64,000 nt of DNA from Takakia lepidozioides. Its lineage: Eukaryota; Plantae; Bryophyta. The stretch is taken from positions 54,374,001-54,438,000 of the forward strand of contig CM060733.1 of NCBI GenBank assembly GCA_030704615.1, read 5' to 3'. How positions within the stretch are numbered: position 1 is the stretch's first letter; each line of letters starts with the position of its first letter. Of the stretch, positions 13,406 to 25,875 are shown one piece after another. Both the position numbers and the translations under genes were made by a program. Under the pieces are notes generated by a model, which made no database searches, was not told where the DNA came from, and saw only the letters and a list, made by a program, of their open reading frames with translations.

Positions 13406-16384
13406 TTCCTTTCTAAATCCTGCTTGTCACTGGAGGCTCTGGCCCTCTATCTCTTTTCTCCAGAGTCTTTGTCGCCAAAAGAATCGCCTTGAAAACAGTG
13501 ACACTCAACACACGATTGAGTAAGCTCTCCCTTCCTCTGAACCAAAATTGCGCTCCGTAACCAAAATATCTGCCTTGGCTTTGATCTCTAACGATCTGCC
13601 CCCTAGCGCCGGTGAACAGGACGTGCTGGGCGTCTTGGTGAGAAAGGTGCACACTCCTGCCGGAGAAAAATAGATGCAAAGCTACCTGATCGATCAATCT
13701 CTCGATCTTGCTCCCTCTCTCTGGCGCTCCTACACAGTGATGGCGAACAAGCTGGAAATAGAAAGGGGGTAAAACAATGCACTACTTATCAAATCACTCT
13801 TTCTCGCCAACCACTCCGCGGTCGCTCTCTCTCTTAACTTCGATATACATTAGGCCACTGCAGAAACTCATACACTCAATCAACAACCTCTCCTTTCTCG
13901 TTTCTTCTTCTCCCTTAAATGCTGGCTCTTTCTCCTCCTCCCCGTTAATAGCGCTGCAGCAGAGCATTACACAAACTAATACGCCGAATCAATCCATCAA
14001 TCAAACTCTGTCGCTAAGGCGCCGTCCTTTGTTTCTCCTTCTCTTCTTCCTTTCTTCTTCTACCGAAAGCTGCCTCCTCCTCCTCCTCCTCCTCCCGAAC
14101 GATATCTAAAAATGCTACCAGCGCACAAAACTCCGACAGCCAACAAATCAACCAATCCGTCAATCAATTTCCCTCTTCCTTCTCTGATAGCCAAATGCAG
14201 CCTTTCTCTCCCTCCCCCGCCGATGTCTTAAACGCAACTTCTTCTCACCAGATTGTCCGTTTCTCTTATCCTTCTCCCCCGCGCAGACGATCTCTGCGAC
14301 CAGAACGCAGCGGGTGCCGTCGTAGAAACGCGGCCACGCAGCCGCTTTTGGCGTTGCCTCCAGTCCAACACACGCTGGCGGCTCGCCTGCCTGGTCAGCT
14401 GCCCCCCTTTCTTTCTTTCGTCCCCGCGCGTGTGGGCCGCCCCCGACCCGACCCGACCCGTCCCACGACCCGCTCGCCAGACAATCCACTGCCACCTGTC
14501 CTCCTATCTCTGCACCCGGTCCGGCTTCCATTCCGAGACTCTCAATGATTTCCGACACCTTCATTGGGTGGCCCGGATTTTTTCGTACCCGTGAATCTAC
14601 CCGCGGATTTGGATCGATATACCCCCTTCTCCCTTCACCCCGCATAAATTATCATTTTTCCCAATTGTATTCGACAATTGTTTTATTACAGACGCACGTG
14701 TAATACGATTGCCGCATAGCTTTATACTTTATACACACATTTATGAGCTCGTCTTTTTATAGTCTGTACTTTCCTTCCGTTTGTATCGCAAATGAGGAAA
14801 AGACACATTAAACCTCATCGGCTGTCTTTCTGTTCGAGATGTTGGGCAATGATACACATCCACTTTCCACCACTGCGAGTAGTCTGCGAGTGAACGACCT
14901 TCTGTTCGCTTCGTTGTACACACACGAACTTCTGGTGGGTACTAAGTTAGAATGTTTGTGTCGGACGGAGCTGGTTCATCTCGTCCCACTGGCCCGATGT
15001 GCTTCAGGCAGCTCGGTGTGGATTCTCGAGCTGCTTTGCTGTTCTTTTCTTCTTTCTCGTCAGCGAGTCCGGAGGTTTTAGTGTCAGGTAAGTACAATCA
15101 CGTCAGGTTCTGGGTTTTTCATAATTGCCAGTGCAGGATTTCAGTGATGGCTACAGGCAGGGTGGATTTCACGTGAAAAGCCACAAGGACAAAATAATAA
15201 AAGTGGCTTTTGTTTTTGGAGGTGAGAGTGATGGCGGGCCCACCCTCCCCGCTGCCCTTTCCAACCAGCAGCCTCTGTCTGCCAATCATTCTTCAGTGTT
15301 TGCTTTTCTTGGCTTTGGGCAAGCTGAGATGTGTGCCAGTAAGGGCCTGCCAACAACTCATCCCATCCCTTGTGGTTCTGGCAAGTGGACAGCATAGGGA
15401 TCCTTCATGCCATCAATGCTGTTGATAAGTTGGATGAAAGGGGGAAGGTGAAGACTGTCTGTTTTGAATGAAAAACTTTCTTTGCTTGAAAAAAACACAA
15501 AATAAAGTTCATCCGGCTGCAGCCTTAAAGATACCTAAGTGTAATTACTTTTTGTATCCGAATTTTGATGCCCCCTTAAAACGAACTTCATTGAATGGTG
15601 GGAAGAAAATAGTATAAGGATATTTTTCATTGAATTGGTGGGAAAATAGCATAAGGCCTCAATGAGGTTTCCCTGGCAGTGCCAGCGTAAAAAATAAAAA
15701 TAAAATGCAGATTAATATGATTATTAACATGATTTACAAGGGCCTTCTCTTTTTAAAAAAACCAAACAAAAAAGCAGATCTCCTCTTATTATAAATTAAA
15801 AAAGGGCCACCGACCCCTTTCTTTTAAATAAATATAAATAAATAAATGCAGGGTAGGTTTACAGTTTAGCCTGAAACCCAGAGTTTAAAAAAAGGAAGGA
15901 TTAGCTATAGCCGAGTTTAGCCGGAGCGCTGTCCGATCACGTGCGTGATATTGTGCATGCATGCATGCGGCCCGTCACTTAAACGTGCCATCATTCATCC
16001 ATTCAAACGTGCTTGACATGGCTCTTTTCCATCCATCCATCCATTCGGGACTCAATTTAGTGTCAAAGTGTGTCGTGGCATGATGGCACAGGAGACTATT
16101 TATTTTTACCTTTTATTGTAATTCTCAGAATTAGTACTGAATAATAATAATAATAATATAATATTCACGTGATTCCGAATAGGTGCGGATCATATTCGGT
16201 ACCCGGTATACAGGCTGGAAATGTCTACGGTAGGTATGTACCTAGGTAGGTACCTTGTACCTCCTGAACTGGCATGGGCATGTGATGTGCATGTGATGAG
16301 GATGCGTGACGAGGGGCATGGTCATCATGGGTGACTGGGTCCAGAAATGTAGGCAGCGGCCGTCAAAGTTTCAAACTGGGATTA

Positions 16385-16427
16385 AATAACAACAATAATA
16401 ACAATAATAATAACAATAATCATAATA
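16385..16427 (+). repeat. (AAT/AAC)n microsatellite
   Basis: aataacaacaataataacaataataataacaataatcataat. Confidence 0.85.
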
Positions 16428-18405
16428 AAAGTGCGGGAGGGAGCGTCAAGGGTCGACTTTACAAAATTTGGGCGAAGGTCAAGTCAATATTTAGGACCGG
16501 TTTCCGGCGTCAAAATTGCCGGCTCCCAGAATGGATGGATATTCTAGATGAGGATGCCTATGGATGAAGGGAATCCCAAACCCTAAGTCTGGATGAGTGA
16601 TGTTGGATGTGGGAATTTCATGCAGGCATGGAATGGAGACTACATATGAAGTTGACCTTTTGTTATTGAAGGGTAAAAAGTAAAAAAGTAAAAAGAGAGG
16701 GAGCTCATCTGCTATGTCACTGAGGGTCATGAAGGTGAAGATATTTTCTTAAAGCAAAGTTACATAAAGAGGTCAGAGGGGGCCAGCAGCATGTTCTGCT
16801 TGTTAGGCATGCTGTCAACCCCTCCCTGACAAGGAGTCTGGTCACTTGAAGACAAACATGGATGGTGTGTAGGGAACAACTTGGGAAGCTCGAACTGTGG
16901 AGAGTGCACTGGCTTTGTTGAAGATTTGGCAGATAACATGATCTTAAGAGATTTGGAAGACTAACATGAAGTTCAGAGATTAGGAGGATTGACAGGAGCC
17001 TCTTGAGAGGTGTGGAGAATTGGCACATCCATGCATTAAGACCCACCACCTTGAAAGACGGAGGTGGAGGGGCTAGTCACACTAGACATGAACCTTCGGA
17101 GAGCTTTTCTGAAATTGGGAAGAATGCTTTTCTGAATCGTTCTGTCTTGCCAACCACCTGGAAATGTTGACTTGGGTGGTCAGTCATGGCTTCTACTGTG
17201 CCTAATGCTCAACCATCAGGGTGAAGTGGGACTCCCACACCGACTCTCTCTCTGCTCCGATCACACAGATCACACAGCTCACACAGATCACGTGGGGTAG
17301 TCATGACTATGATGATGAAGAAAGTTTTGTAGGGTGATCACCAGTGACTCGCGATTGATGGTGACCTTATCACTGGCAATATTTGTGCTGGATAATTCTT
17401 CCCAGAGTAACTTGGAAGACCCTACAGCTTGCACCTGCACCGTGTTGGACCACATATAGTAGAGCCCTAGTTGTTTCTCCGCTGAACAAAATACAGTCGC
17501 CAAAATCCCAGTCCATTCCTTTAAGATGCTGCAAACCAGGGCATGGTGGACAAAACATTTCATCACTCCTGCTCTCGATTTAGGAGCCCCCCTTCAACCC
17601 AAGGGTACCCCTAAGTGTCATTTCCAACTGACTCCATCCAATGGAGCAGCCCGCTTGATTGGAACCAAAAAGACAGGCCAGCACAATAAAACAAGCAATG
17701 AACAAAAGAAACACAAAGACCTAACTACATTCATTCATGTCCTACCAACCTTCCATGCATCCTTATCCACATTTGGATGCTCTGACAGAAGTTCTTCTGA
17801 CAACAAAAAAACTTGAGCTACTCCAAGACATGTGCTCCTCGACACTTTCAACTCGACGACTCCACCCAACTAAAAATGATATGAACATAGGACCAAACCA
17901 ATGACAGGCCAAGAGCTGCCCCATCTGTGAGGTGGGAAGCCAACAGACTGGTTCATCTCCACCCATAACAGAACGACACACCTCAACTGTGTCACAATTT
18001 CATACCCAAATGCGCCCTTCACAGAGTAGACATGTGAAGAACAAACATGCAGAATACAGTTACTTTCGGCCTACTGAGCGCTATGTCGATGAGATAGGGG
18101 AAAAAGTTTTTACACCTAGGTGGAGGGGGTCAACATGGAGGGGCAAGAACAAACCATGCACTAAAATACTTACTTTGTATTTGAATGACCTGCTACAATT
18201 ACAACATGCATGTCCACGGATGTGGCAATCTACGTCAGCCTTGACATTTGGCCATCCTGTCCGATTCCCCAGCACGGGCTGATCACGCAAGTGCCATTAC
18301 AGCAAGGAAGCTGTGCCCTTTTTCTGTCTTGCCATTGCACCGCTTAATAAACATACTGCATACATAAATATTTGTACACCTCCATGGTCTCCGTATCCAA
18401 CAGAG

Positions 18406-21400
18406 TCACCGGATTGGATGATACTGACCCGACAGACGCTTTGGCGGCAGTTTGCGCAAAATGTAGAGAACAAGTGCTGAAGGTATGATCTCCACAAGCT
18501 GTTTCAGGCCACACACGTTATTAGCATTCACCACACCCCTCTACTTCTGCACCTGGATGCTTCCCCAAAATCAGCAAGCAATGTGCATGAATCTTCGGAT
18601 CTGACGGTACCCTATATGGATGGATTTGCCAAAAGGACATGAATCACCTATTCAAGGCTATCCCCCATCTGCTACCTAGGTCCTAATGACAACCAAGCCA
18701 TATCTCCAGATTGAAACTAGGAGGAAATCGACCCAACTATAGTGAAGGCCACTCCACAAGGGAATGCATTCAAACCTGTTCCATGTGTCATCAATCTACA
18801 TCAGCAACTGTGAGTTGTAAAACAGGAGATCCAGTACTATTGAAGATACACCTAATGATCTACATCAACACAACACTCAATTTGAAATATGGCATACAAA
18901 ACCGAGGCTTGTCCTCACCGTGTAGTAAATGGCGTTCAAAATTGGATGATAAAGCACGTCTAGATCCACTTGTTTGTCAAAAACAGACAACGCCATCTGT
19001 CATTTGCAATTGTTACAGTTATGTTAGTATGGCACAGTAAACCGGACAGCTCATAACCTCAACAACTTCCTACCATCATAAGGTCTGGATTTGCAACACT
19101 GAGGATTAATCTTGTATCTTCCCTGAGAGATAACAGCAAGATGCCAACAGTATCAACCAGCAACCCTCTCCTCAGACCCTGTGCTCAACCAGTCTCCTCC
19201 CTTTTGGCAACACTGTGTATGCTTTTTGTTTCCATAGGGTGGGTTACAGACTCCATAGAAAAGACTTTGGCATGAGTTCTGCTTACAATGATAGACCGGA
19301 TTGTAAAACATGTGAAGCAGATCGCTGTCACACATCCAACCTGCCAACATGAAATATATCATCACATCAATAAGTAATACTCTAGCACATTCGCTCATGT
19401 TCAGCCCAAAATGGGTTAACACATTGTCTACAACAAATATCCATCTGAGGACCTGCAATCCTACCAACTTGAAAAAGCAGGTCCATGTCGAGAGGAACAC
19501 AACCATATTTGCACATAATGCTCGTGTCTGGATTGGAAGTTTGAGGACAAAAGATAAACATGCGTAAGTAAACAGACCTCGCGAAGCTTCTTTCTCCGAC
19601 CTTTGGACTCAATGGGGAATCGTCGGAGCATAAGAAACAGCCTGCATTTGCCACACCAGAAAAACCACCACCCACTTGAGTTGGGGAAAACTTGTGTACA
19701 ATTACCACTCCCCAGTCTTTCGAAAGATCATAACAGGGTCATACAACAGTGATTGAGGATCAGAACAAACTACTCAAACAAGTGCAGAATGCCACAAAAG
19801 TTTCCAGCACAGCCATGCTCACCTTCCTCCATACAGCAGAAAGCCAAGTGCTGCCATTAGTGACACAACTGCATCACACCACAAACCCTTAACATCCCAG
19901 GGATTTTTACAAAATCTAGGCACTCACAACTTGCAGAATTGGTCAACCTCGAAACAAAAAATGTCCAAAGAGTCTATACCAACAGTACTAAACAAGAACA
20001 ACACTTACAACTTGCTCTGGCACCAGGAACATCTGGAAGCTAAAACCCTGAAATTCAAGTAACTACATATCGAAACTCACATTGGAGAGGTAACCTAGAT
20101 AAATTGAGATAGCCAGATCCAAGGTCAAGAGAGCTTTCACAAAGATACTAGCACAAAACTTCAATACATGGAAGCAGAAATGACAAAAGGAGGAAGGAAA
20201 CCAGAAACCATTCTGCCACATTACTTAGAGAGTCAATCTAGAGCACGACACAGAACAACTATATCCTATATGACAGTGACCAGCTGTTATAACTCCCCTT
20301 GACTTCATCAATATGCACTAAGTTTGTGTCAAACTCGGAGGACTCGGCCAAGAAATAGTTAGTTACTACATACCAGCGAAGAAGAACTTTGCAATGGTCA
20401 TCATCACTGCACTTGGCGTCCACCATAAATATATCCAGATGCAAGCCTGCACAAAAGGTCCCACAACAATAGTGGTGAATGCCGGGATCGCTACAGAAAG
20501 CTCCAACGGATACTTAAGAACCTTACAAAACCTCTATAAGTTCTGCAGCGACTTTACCTGGATAAAATAGATCGCCCCGTTGGTTATTAAGAAGGCTGGA
20601 CGCAAACCATCTGTTGGGAGGCTGCGTGCCTGTTCCCGAACCCGAAACCTGAATTAGACTGGAAGATAAAATCACTTCTAATAAACCCACACAAGGATGC
20701 AAGTAAAAAACCCTATAACAACAAAGACAACAATGCAAAATAGAATAATTCCCAACCAACTCAGATGATGAGTTAATAAACCCTTGACACCATTCACATC
20801 CAAGAAGCCATAAAGAAGTAACACGATGAGTTGCTGGAATGAAAGTTGAAAGAGATGCCCAACATAAAGCAACCCAACCACTGTTCTTGGCTAGTAGATG
20901 AGTGCTACACCCTAGCTACTGCTCAGCACTTTCTCATGAAGACAAGAAATTGATTGGCATAGACACAAAGTTGAGAATCACGCTAAACGAATTGAGGATA
21001 ACGAGTGCCATATTGAGCTGGACTTCTACCTGGTGATATATTTCAGCCCAGAACAACACCAGCAGAGTATACGTGGTGAAGAACAATATGCCTGGAAGAT
21101 CTAGAAGGACGTGTTGAAAAATCTGAAAAACAAAGAGTCCATTTCAGCAATTAGCAACCCTTCACAGCCTGCACACACAGGCTCATGGGCATTTGCATTT
21201 ACCAAAGATTACCTAACCTCTACCAACAAGGTTTCAAGTGCGTAATCCCTAACAGGCCAGAATCCTTGGGACAGGGACAAGCATGAAATTAGGTCGCTGA
21301 ACTTGGTGTCACTGTAGGCTCCTCAATAAAAGCATGTTCCAATGATGCACAAACAGTGGGAATCCGAGGTGATCTGAAGTAGTTATTTTGTCCAAGAGAG

Positions 21401-22097
21401 GGCGAGTGCACAAAATGGCATACCTCAGGTTGCAGTGCCTGCACATCTTTCCGGAAGAAAAACACAGCAGCTCGAACTGCACCACGCAATCCACATCGCT
21501 TTGTAAGAAACGAATCCTAAGACGAGATTTTTTTTCAGAATCTTTGGATGGCGAGTGGAGGCAAGCATAACCAAAGCCTAACACAGAAAGTTTCCAAAGA
21601 ATATCTCACCTGCATTAACTATGAAATTGAGAAGGTGGAACACCTTCTGTGTCGTCCAGCCATACTCGGGCACTCGTAACTCAATCCGAATCAATTGGAT
21701 CTGCGAACTACCACTTTGAGTCATACACCCTCCACTGTGGAGAATACTAAAAAGGTACCACATTCCAGTCTATCAATTCTACTCCTCCATGAATGCGTTC
21801 CACCAACTCAGCACACATCGCACACATTGCAATAGGGGCATGAGTGCAGATGTTGCACATACCACCAGATCAACCATAACTCGCACAACTTTCTACCAAC
21901 CTCACAAAAATCGGAGAAACCAAAGATGGCAATACTCATACCAGGGCAATAAGAGCGATAACGGCGTAAGCAACTGCAAGCCCCCCAAAGATGCGCGTCT
22001 GCCACTCCTCGGATGTGTCCACCCGGTGCCACCAATCCACAACGCCCCGCAAACCCCCCTCCAGCATCTTGGTTTGCAACACAACCATCTCCATCAT
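18406..22097 (-). CDS. TOM1: Tobamovirus multiplication protein TOM1/TOM3/THH1 family, multi-pass membrane protein (about 11 exons; start may be 22097, 22094 or 22238)
   Basis: Exons encode [116 protein letters not shown] and [30 protein letters not shown], with canonical splice sites. Confidence 0.95.
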
Positions 22098-24250
22098 CTC
22101 CCTCCTCTCGCAATCCCCAAGCCTCGCTTGCTTTCCAGAATCCCTGGCGCTCTCCTCGCCCTCCCTTGCCCAGTGCTTGCGTGCAGCATCCCTAACCCTC
22201 CAGCCAGTGGGTGCGAGAGAGATGGATGTCGAGGCCATCCCGACGGATGCAGAATCGACTTATTTCATCCTCTGTCCATCCTCCCACCACCCACATCGAC
22301 AGCTCAGTCACTCTCCTGCACAGTGCCGCAGCCACATGGAGAGCTCGTCTGTGAGCCAGCCATGCAGACTCGACAAAATCTTGCCACGGAGCATCCTTCA
22401 TCTTCAGCTTGAAGATGCGCTTCAGCTTGTGAATTCACTAACTTAGCTCATGTTATCTAGCATGGGTTCTGGAGAGTCGACTCTAGTTGTACTGTTAGGA
22501 TTCTGAAATCCTGGCACCCTTAATCGTGTATGATAAAACTAAACATTCTTGACAATCTGGAGGACTCTTGGGTGAGTGTGAAAGAGTTTGGTTTTGTTGA
22601 CCAGTATGGAGAAGGTGAGTGAGCTGATGAGGCCAGTGCGGGAAGCTGTGGAGGTAAACGGCCATCCTCCAGGCCAACTCGCATGAAAATTGAAAATCGT
22701 GATAGCGGTCGATACTAGAAAAGTTTTGTGTACACCCTGACTCTCTCTTGGGGGCAAGGTGGGATGTGAGCATCCTCCCCAGATTAAACATGGTGGGATC
22801 CGAGTAGTCGTGCTACAGTTTTGCAGTTTTCCTCTCTCCTTTTCGCAGTTCGGCTAGAGAGAGAGAACGTACTCATAAGACGCGTAGTTTGCCGTAGATT
22901 TGTGGCCATTGACCCCGCGCGAGGGACAGAAACTATCTTTGTCAGGGGCTGACACCGGTAGTATGACTTACCTTGGAACAGACAATTATCCGAGTTTTCC
23001 AGATATCCTCTACAAATCCCTTTACACAAGCATCAATCTGTTGTGTGTGATTTGCCCAATATCTAGGCCCCAAAAGGGCCTGGGCTTTTGACCTCAGCCT
23101 CGAGACTTTTGAACAAAGTTGGTAAACAGAGGTACAGGCACAATTCCCTTGATGGATTTGAAGAGGACGTGTCTCTCCGGTGAGAGTACCCAGGACAATG
23201 AATCAGAAAGTGAATATTAATGTCTTCAGCTTGCCACAACTACCATTTGCAATCCCCCTTTCCTCTCCGCTTCTGTTTGCTGTTCAAAGGTAGGCTTCCC
23301 GCCCTGAGTCTAGTGCTGAGGGTGGGTAAACCCTTGAGGTCATCCATGATTTCCTCTCCCATGTCACAGACTGGAAACAAGTTCAGGGAAGTTTTCTGCC
23401 TAACTTCATTTTCATCATACATTTTCCTGGCAACAGACATGGCTTCGGACACTACAGCATCTATAAGTCAGATTTATCCAGCAGGGTCAAGGCTTGCGGA
23501 CTTACATGCAGATCCGTGAGAATCTCCTCTACTCTCTTCCGCCAGTTTGACGGGGCGATCCTGCTTCCAAGATGTAGAGTCGATTAACTTAGGATACCTG
23601 ATATGTGGCGAGTTGACTGTCAACAGATTCATGGAGGCTCTTGTCGTGGTGCTTGTCAAATCCAGCCAAGTAGTTGTGAAGAAAAAACCGCTCATAACTC
23701 TAACGAATGCACGGTGAATGTCCGAAAGTGTGAGGGAACATAATTGTACGCACAAGTACTCATCAAATTCCATGGATGAAGACCTCACGGTAACATGTCA
23801 TTTATCTAATATAAGCCATCTCCTAAAGCCCAGATTTCTCCTGGAGAATATGGCCTCCATATTCATGAACCAAGGCATCAGAGAAGTCCATCCAAGCATT
23901 ATCACATATACCCTTGAACCGATGTGATCCAACCCCAGCTTCAAGCTCGGTGGAGAGAGGTCACTTAATGAGAGGTAGGCTGCAAAGAATCCCGGAGTGC
24001 ATTGAAGAGGATCCGAATCAGCACAGAGGAATGGTTGCAGGGAAGAAGTGAAAGGCATTTGTGGAAAATGCAATTCAAAAAACAAAACTATCATGTGGAA
24101 GAAAACTGGCCAAGGCAATCCATTCCTTCGCAATCAGCACCATAACCGACCTTCCAGTAGCTTATGAGTTTAGCTACAGGACAGCATTGAACCAAAAGGG
24201 TAGAACGATATCTACAAAAAAAATGGTGTGGATACGGGGAGAGAGCCTCA

Positions 24251-24693
24251 CAATGAAAGCTCCCGGGCAGCTCGAGGTGTTCGGAGAGGACCACGTTTAT
24301 CCAACTTCTCCAGAGTTGTGAAAACTTTTTGTTGCGGAGGTTTCCTCTTATTAGCATTTTCTTGTGTTGGAAGTTGTTCCTCTGCAGTGTTTGTTGCTAG
24401 GCTTGGGAGAGAGTCAAGATGAACCACACCTGGAAGCCACATGAAGCGTGCTAACTGCAATTTCAAGAAAATTGAAAGTTTCTACTTCGAAATGTCGGCC
24501 CGATTCTCCTCTTCCACTCCCGCTGCACGGGTATTACATTCGTAGAGAAGAATCGTTTGCTGAAACCGGCACGTTGATTAGTGATACAGCCATTGTTTGG
24601 CAAGGGCAGGGATCCCATGCTTTCAGTCCACAACCGAGGCAATGCTACGTTGGTGTGGTTTATGAATTGAGCTACAGTTATAGAAGACTGCAT
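24251..24693 (-). pseudogene. Partial duplicate of exons 1-2 of the NusB-domain gene
   Basis: MQSSITVAQFINHTNVALPRLW... and EKLDKRGPLRTPRAARELSL match the intact gene at 54609 and 53913. Intron 1 is partly deleted and downstream exons are absent. Confidence 0.8.
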
Positions 24694-25016
24694 CTTCGCA
24701 GGGAGACAGTGCTACAAACTGATCGAGATGGGGAGCAAAAACAACAGAAATCGGAGTTCCCTGAGGCTCGCTGGCTACCAACAGGAAATCGGTGAAACGG
24801 AAAGAATCGATGACGGTTTGTAGGTCTGATCGCTGGTAGTCATGTAAGCATCTACTGATCATGATCTATACTCGACTGCAAGCAGCATGGGAAACGAAGA
24901 TGGACACTCTTCCGTTAAGGCGAAGACGATCCGAAAAAGAAACACCTACTTTCTTGAAAGACGGCAGCCTGAAAAAGGAAACCCCAGCAAAAAAAACAAA
25001 AAGGAAACACTTGATT

Positions 25017-25302
25017 CAGTGTTTTTTTTTTCAAATTTTGAAAAGAACAGGACTGGCTACTGAGTTTTGCAGGAAATAGCCATATTTTCTGCTCATCCAC
25101 TGAAATTTGGACAGAATCATCCTCCTCTGTACTTTCATCCATGTATATCATCCATATTAGGCGAATTCATCCAAGATTTATATTTGTTTTTGAGAATTTT
25201 GGCGATTTCATCCATGAGAAAACAGGGAATTTACGACAGAATATTCGATTTTGATTTTTGAGGTCGAAAAAGTGCGAAATTTCGCCAGAAATAAAAACAC
25301 TT
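25017..25302. mobile_element. hAT-type MITE (286 bp)
   Basis: TIRs CAGTGTTTTT / AAAAACACT(T). 8-bp TSD ACTTGATT at 25009-25016 and 25303-25310. The paralogous site near 55000 has a single ACTTGATT and no insert. Confidence 0.85.
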
Positions 25303-25489
25303 ACTTGATTGGATAGAAACGAAGATAGGGGAAAGAAATAAAAGAACCCTCAAAACCCTAAAGGCCTAAACCGAGACTTACTCCTAATGCTTCTCCGTTC
25401 TCTCTCCTCTAAGGGAATTTGTGTTTGAAGCTCCATCTCCTTGTTATGTCTCAATTAAAGTAGGCCAAATGGATCGTCGAGTTCCTGCC

Positions 25490-25875
25490 ATGGATGGCCC
25501 TCAACCCGATATGGCAGCATTAAAGGACCCGACCTTTGGACAAGAAATTTCTCGAGTTGCAAACATGCCGCCCCTTTTGTATTTTGCCAACGAGGTGGTG
25601 GAGATCCAGTAGAACCCGCAAGACCTCGGGTTGACAATGGGAGAACTTCACCAAAGCATGCAGCAGGTACAATAGCAAATGCAACAAACACTTGTTGTGC
25701 AAATGAACCTGGGGTTCTCGCAGCTGGACCACAAGTGTTCTGCGAGAGCCATCAATTCCTCGCCTCTTCTCACGTCGCCATTACAGCCGGTTGTGGATAG
25801 CCATGGAAATGTCCCACATAACTTTCCTGCAACGAAAGTTGATGTCATGTTGTTGGAGGAAGCTCCATTGGATAC
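25490..25875 (+). pseudogene. Mug135-like gene, copy 2 (two in-frame TAG stops, C-terminally truncated)
   Basis: MDGPQPDMAALKDPTFGQEISRVANMPP...EIQ*...QVQ*QMQQ...SARAINSSPLLTSPLQPVVDSHGNVPHNFPATKVDVMLLEEAPLD, then a junction into SEC20-intron-derived DNA. Confidence 0.75.

Noticed and set aside
14160-14645. GC-rich overlapping ORFs upstream of shikimate kinase
   Set aside because: No recognisable domain. The position fits the promoter or 5' UTR region.
23240-23788. ORFs repeated at 42978-43554 as a conserved gene
   Set aside because: Stops and indels differ between copies, and the similarity is explained by recent DNA duplication.
25345-25372. AAACCCTA motifs (also ~44240 and ~55040) as interstitial telomere
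   Set aside because: Only one or two units each. Better explained as telo-box promoter motifs copied with the duplicated block.
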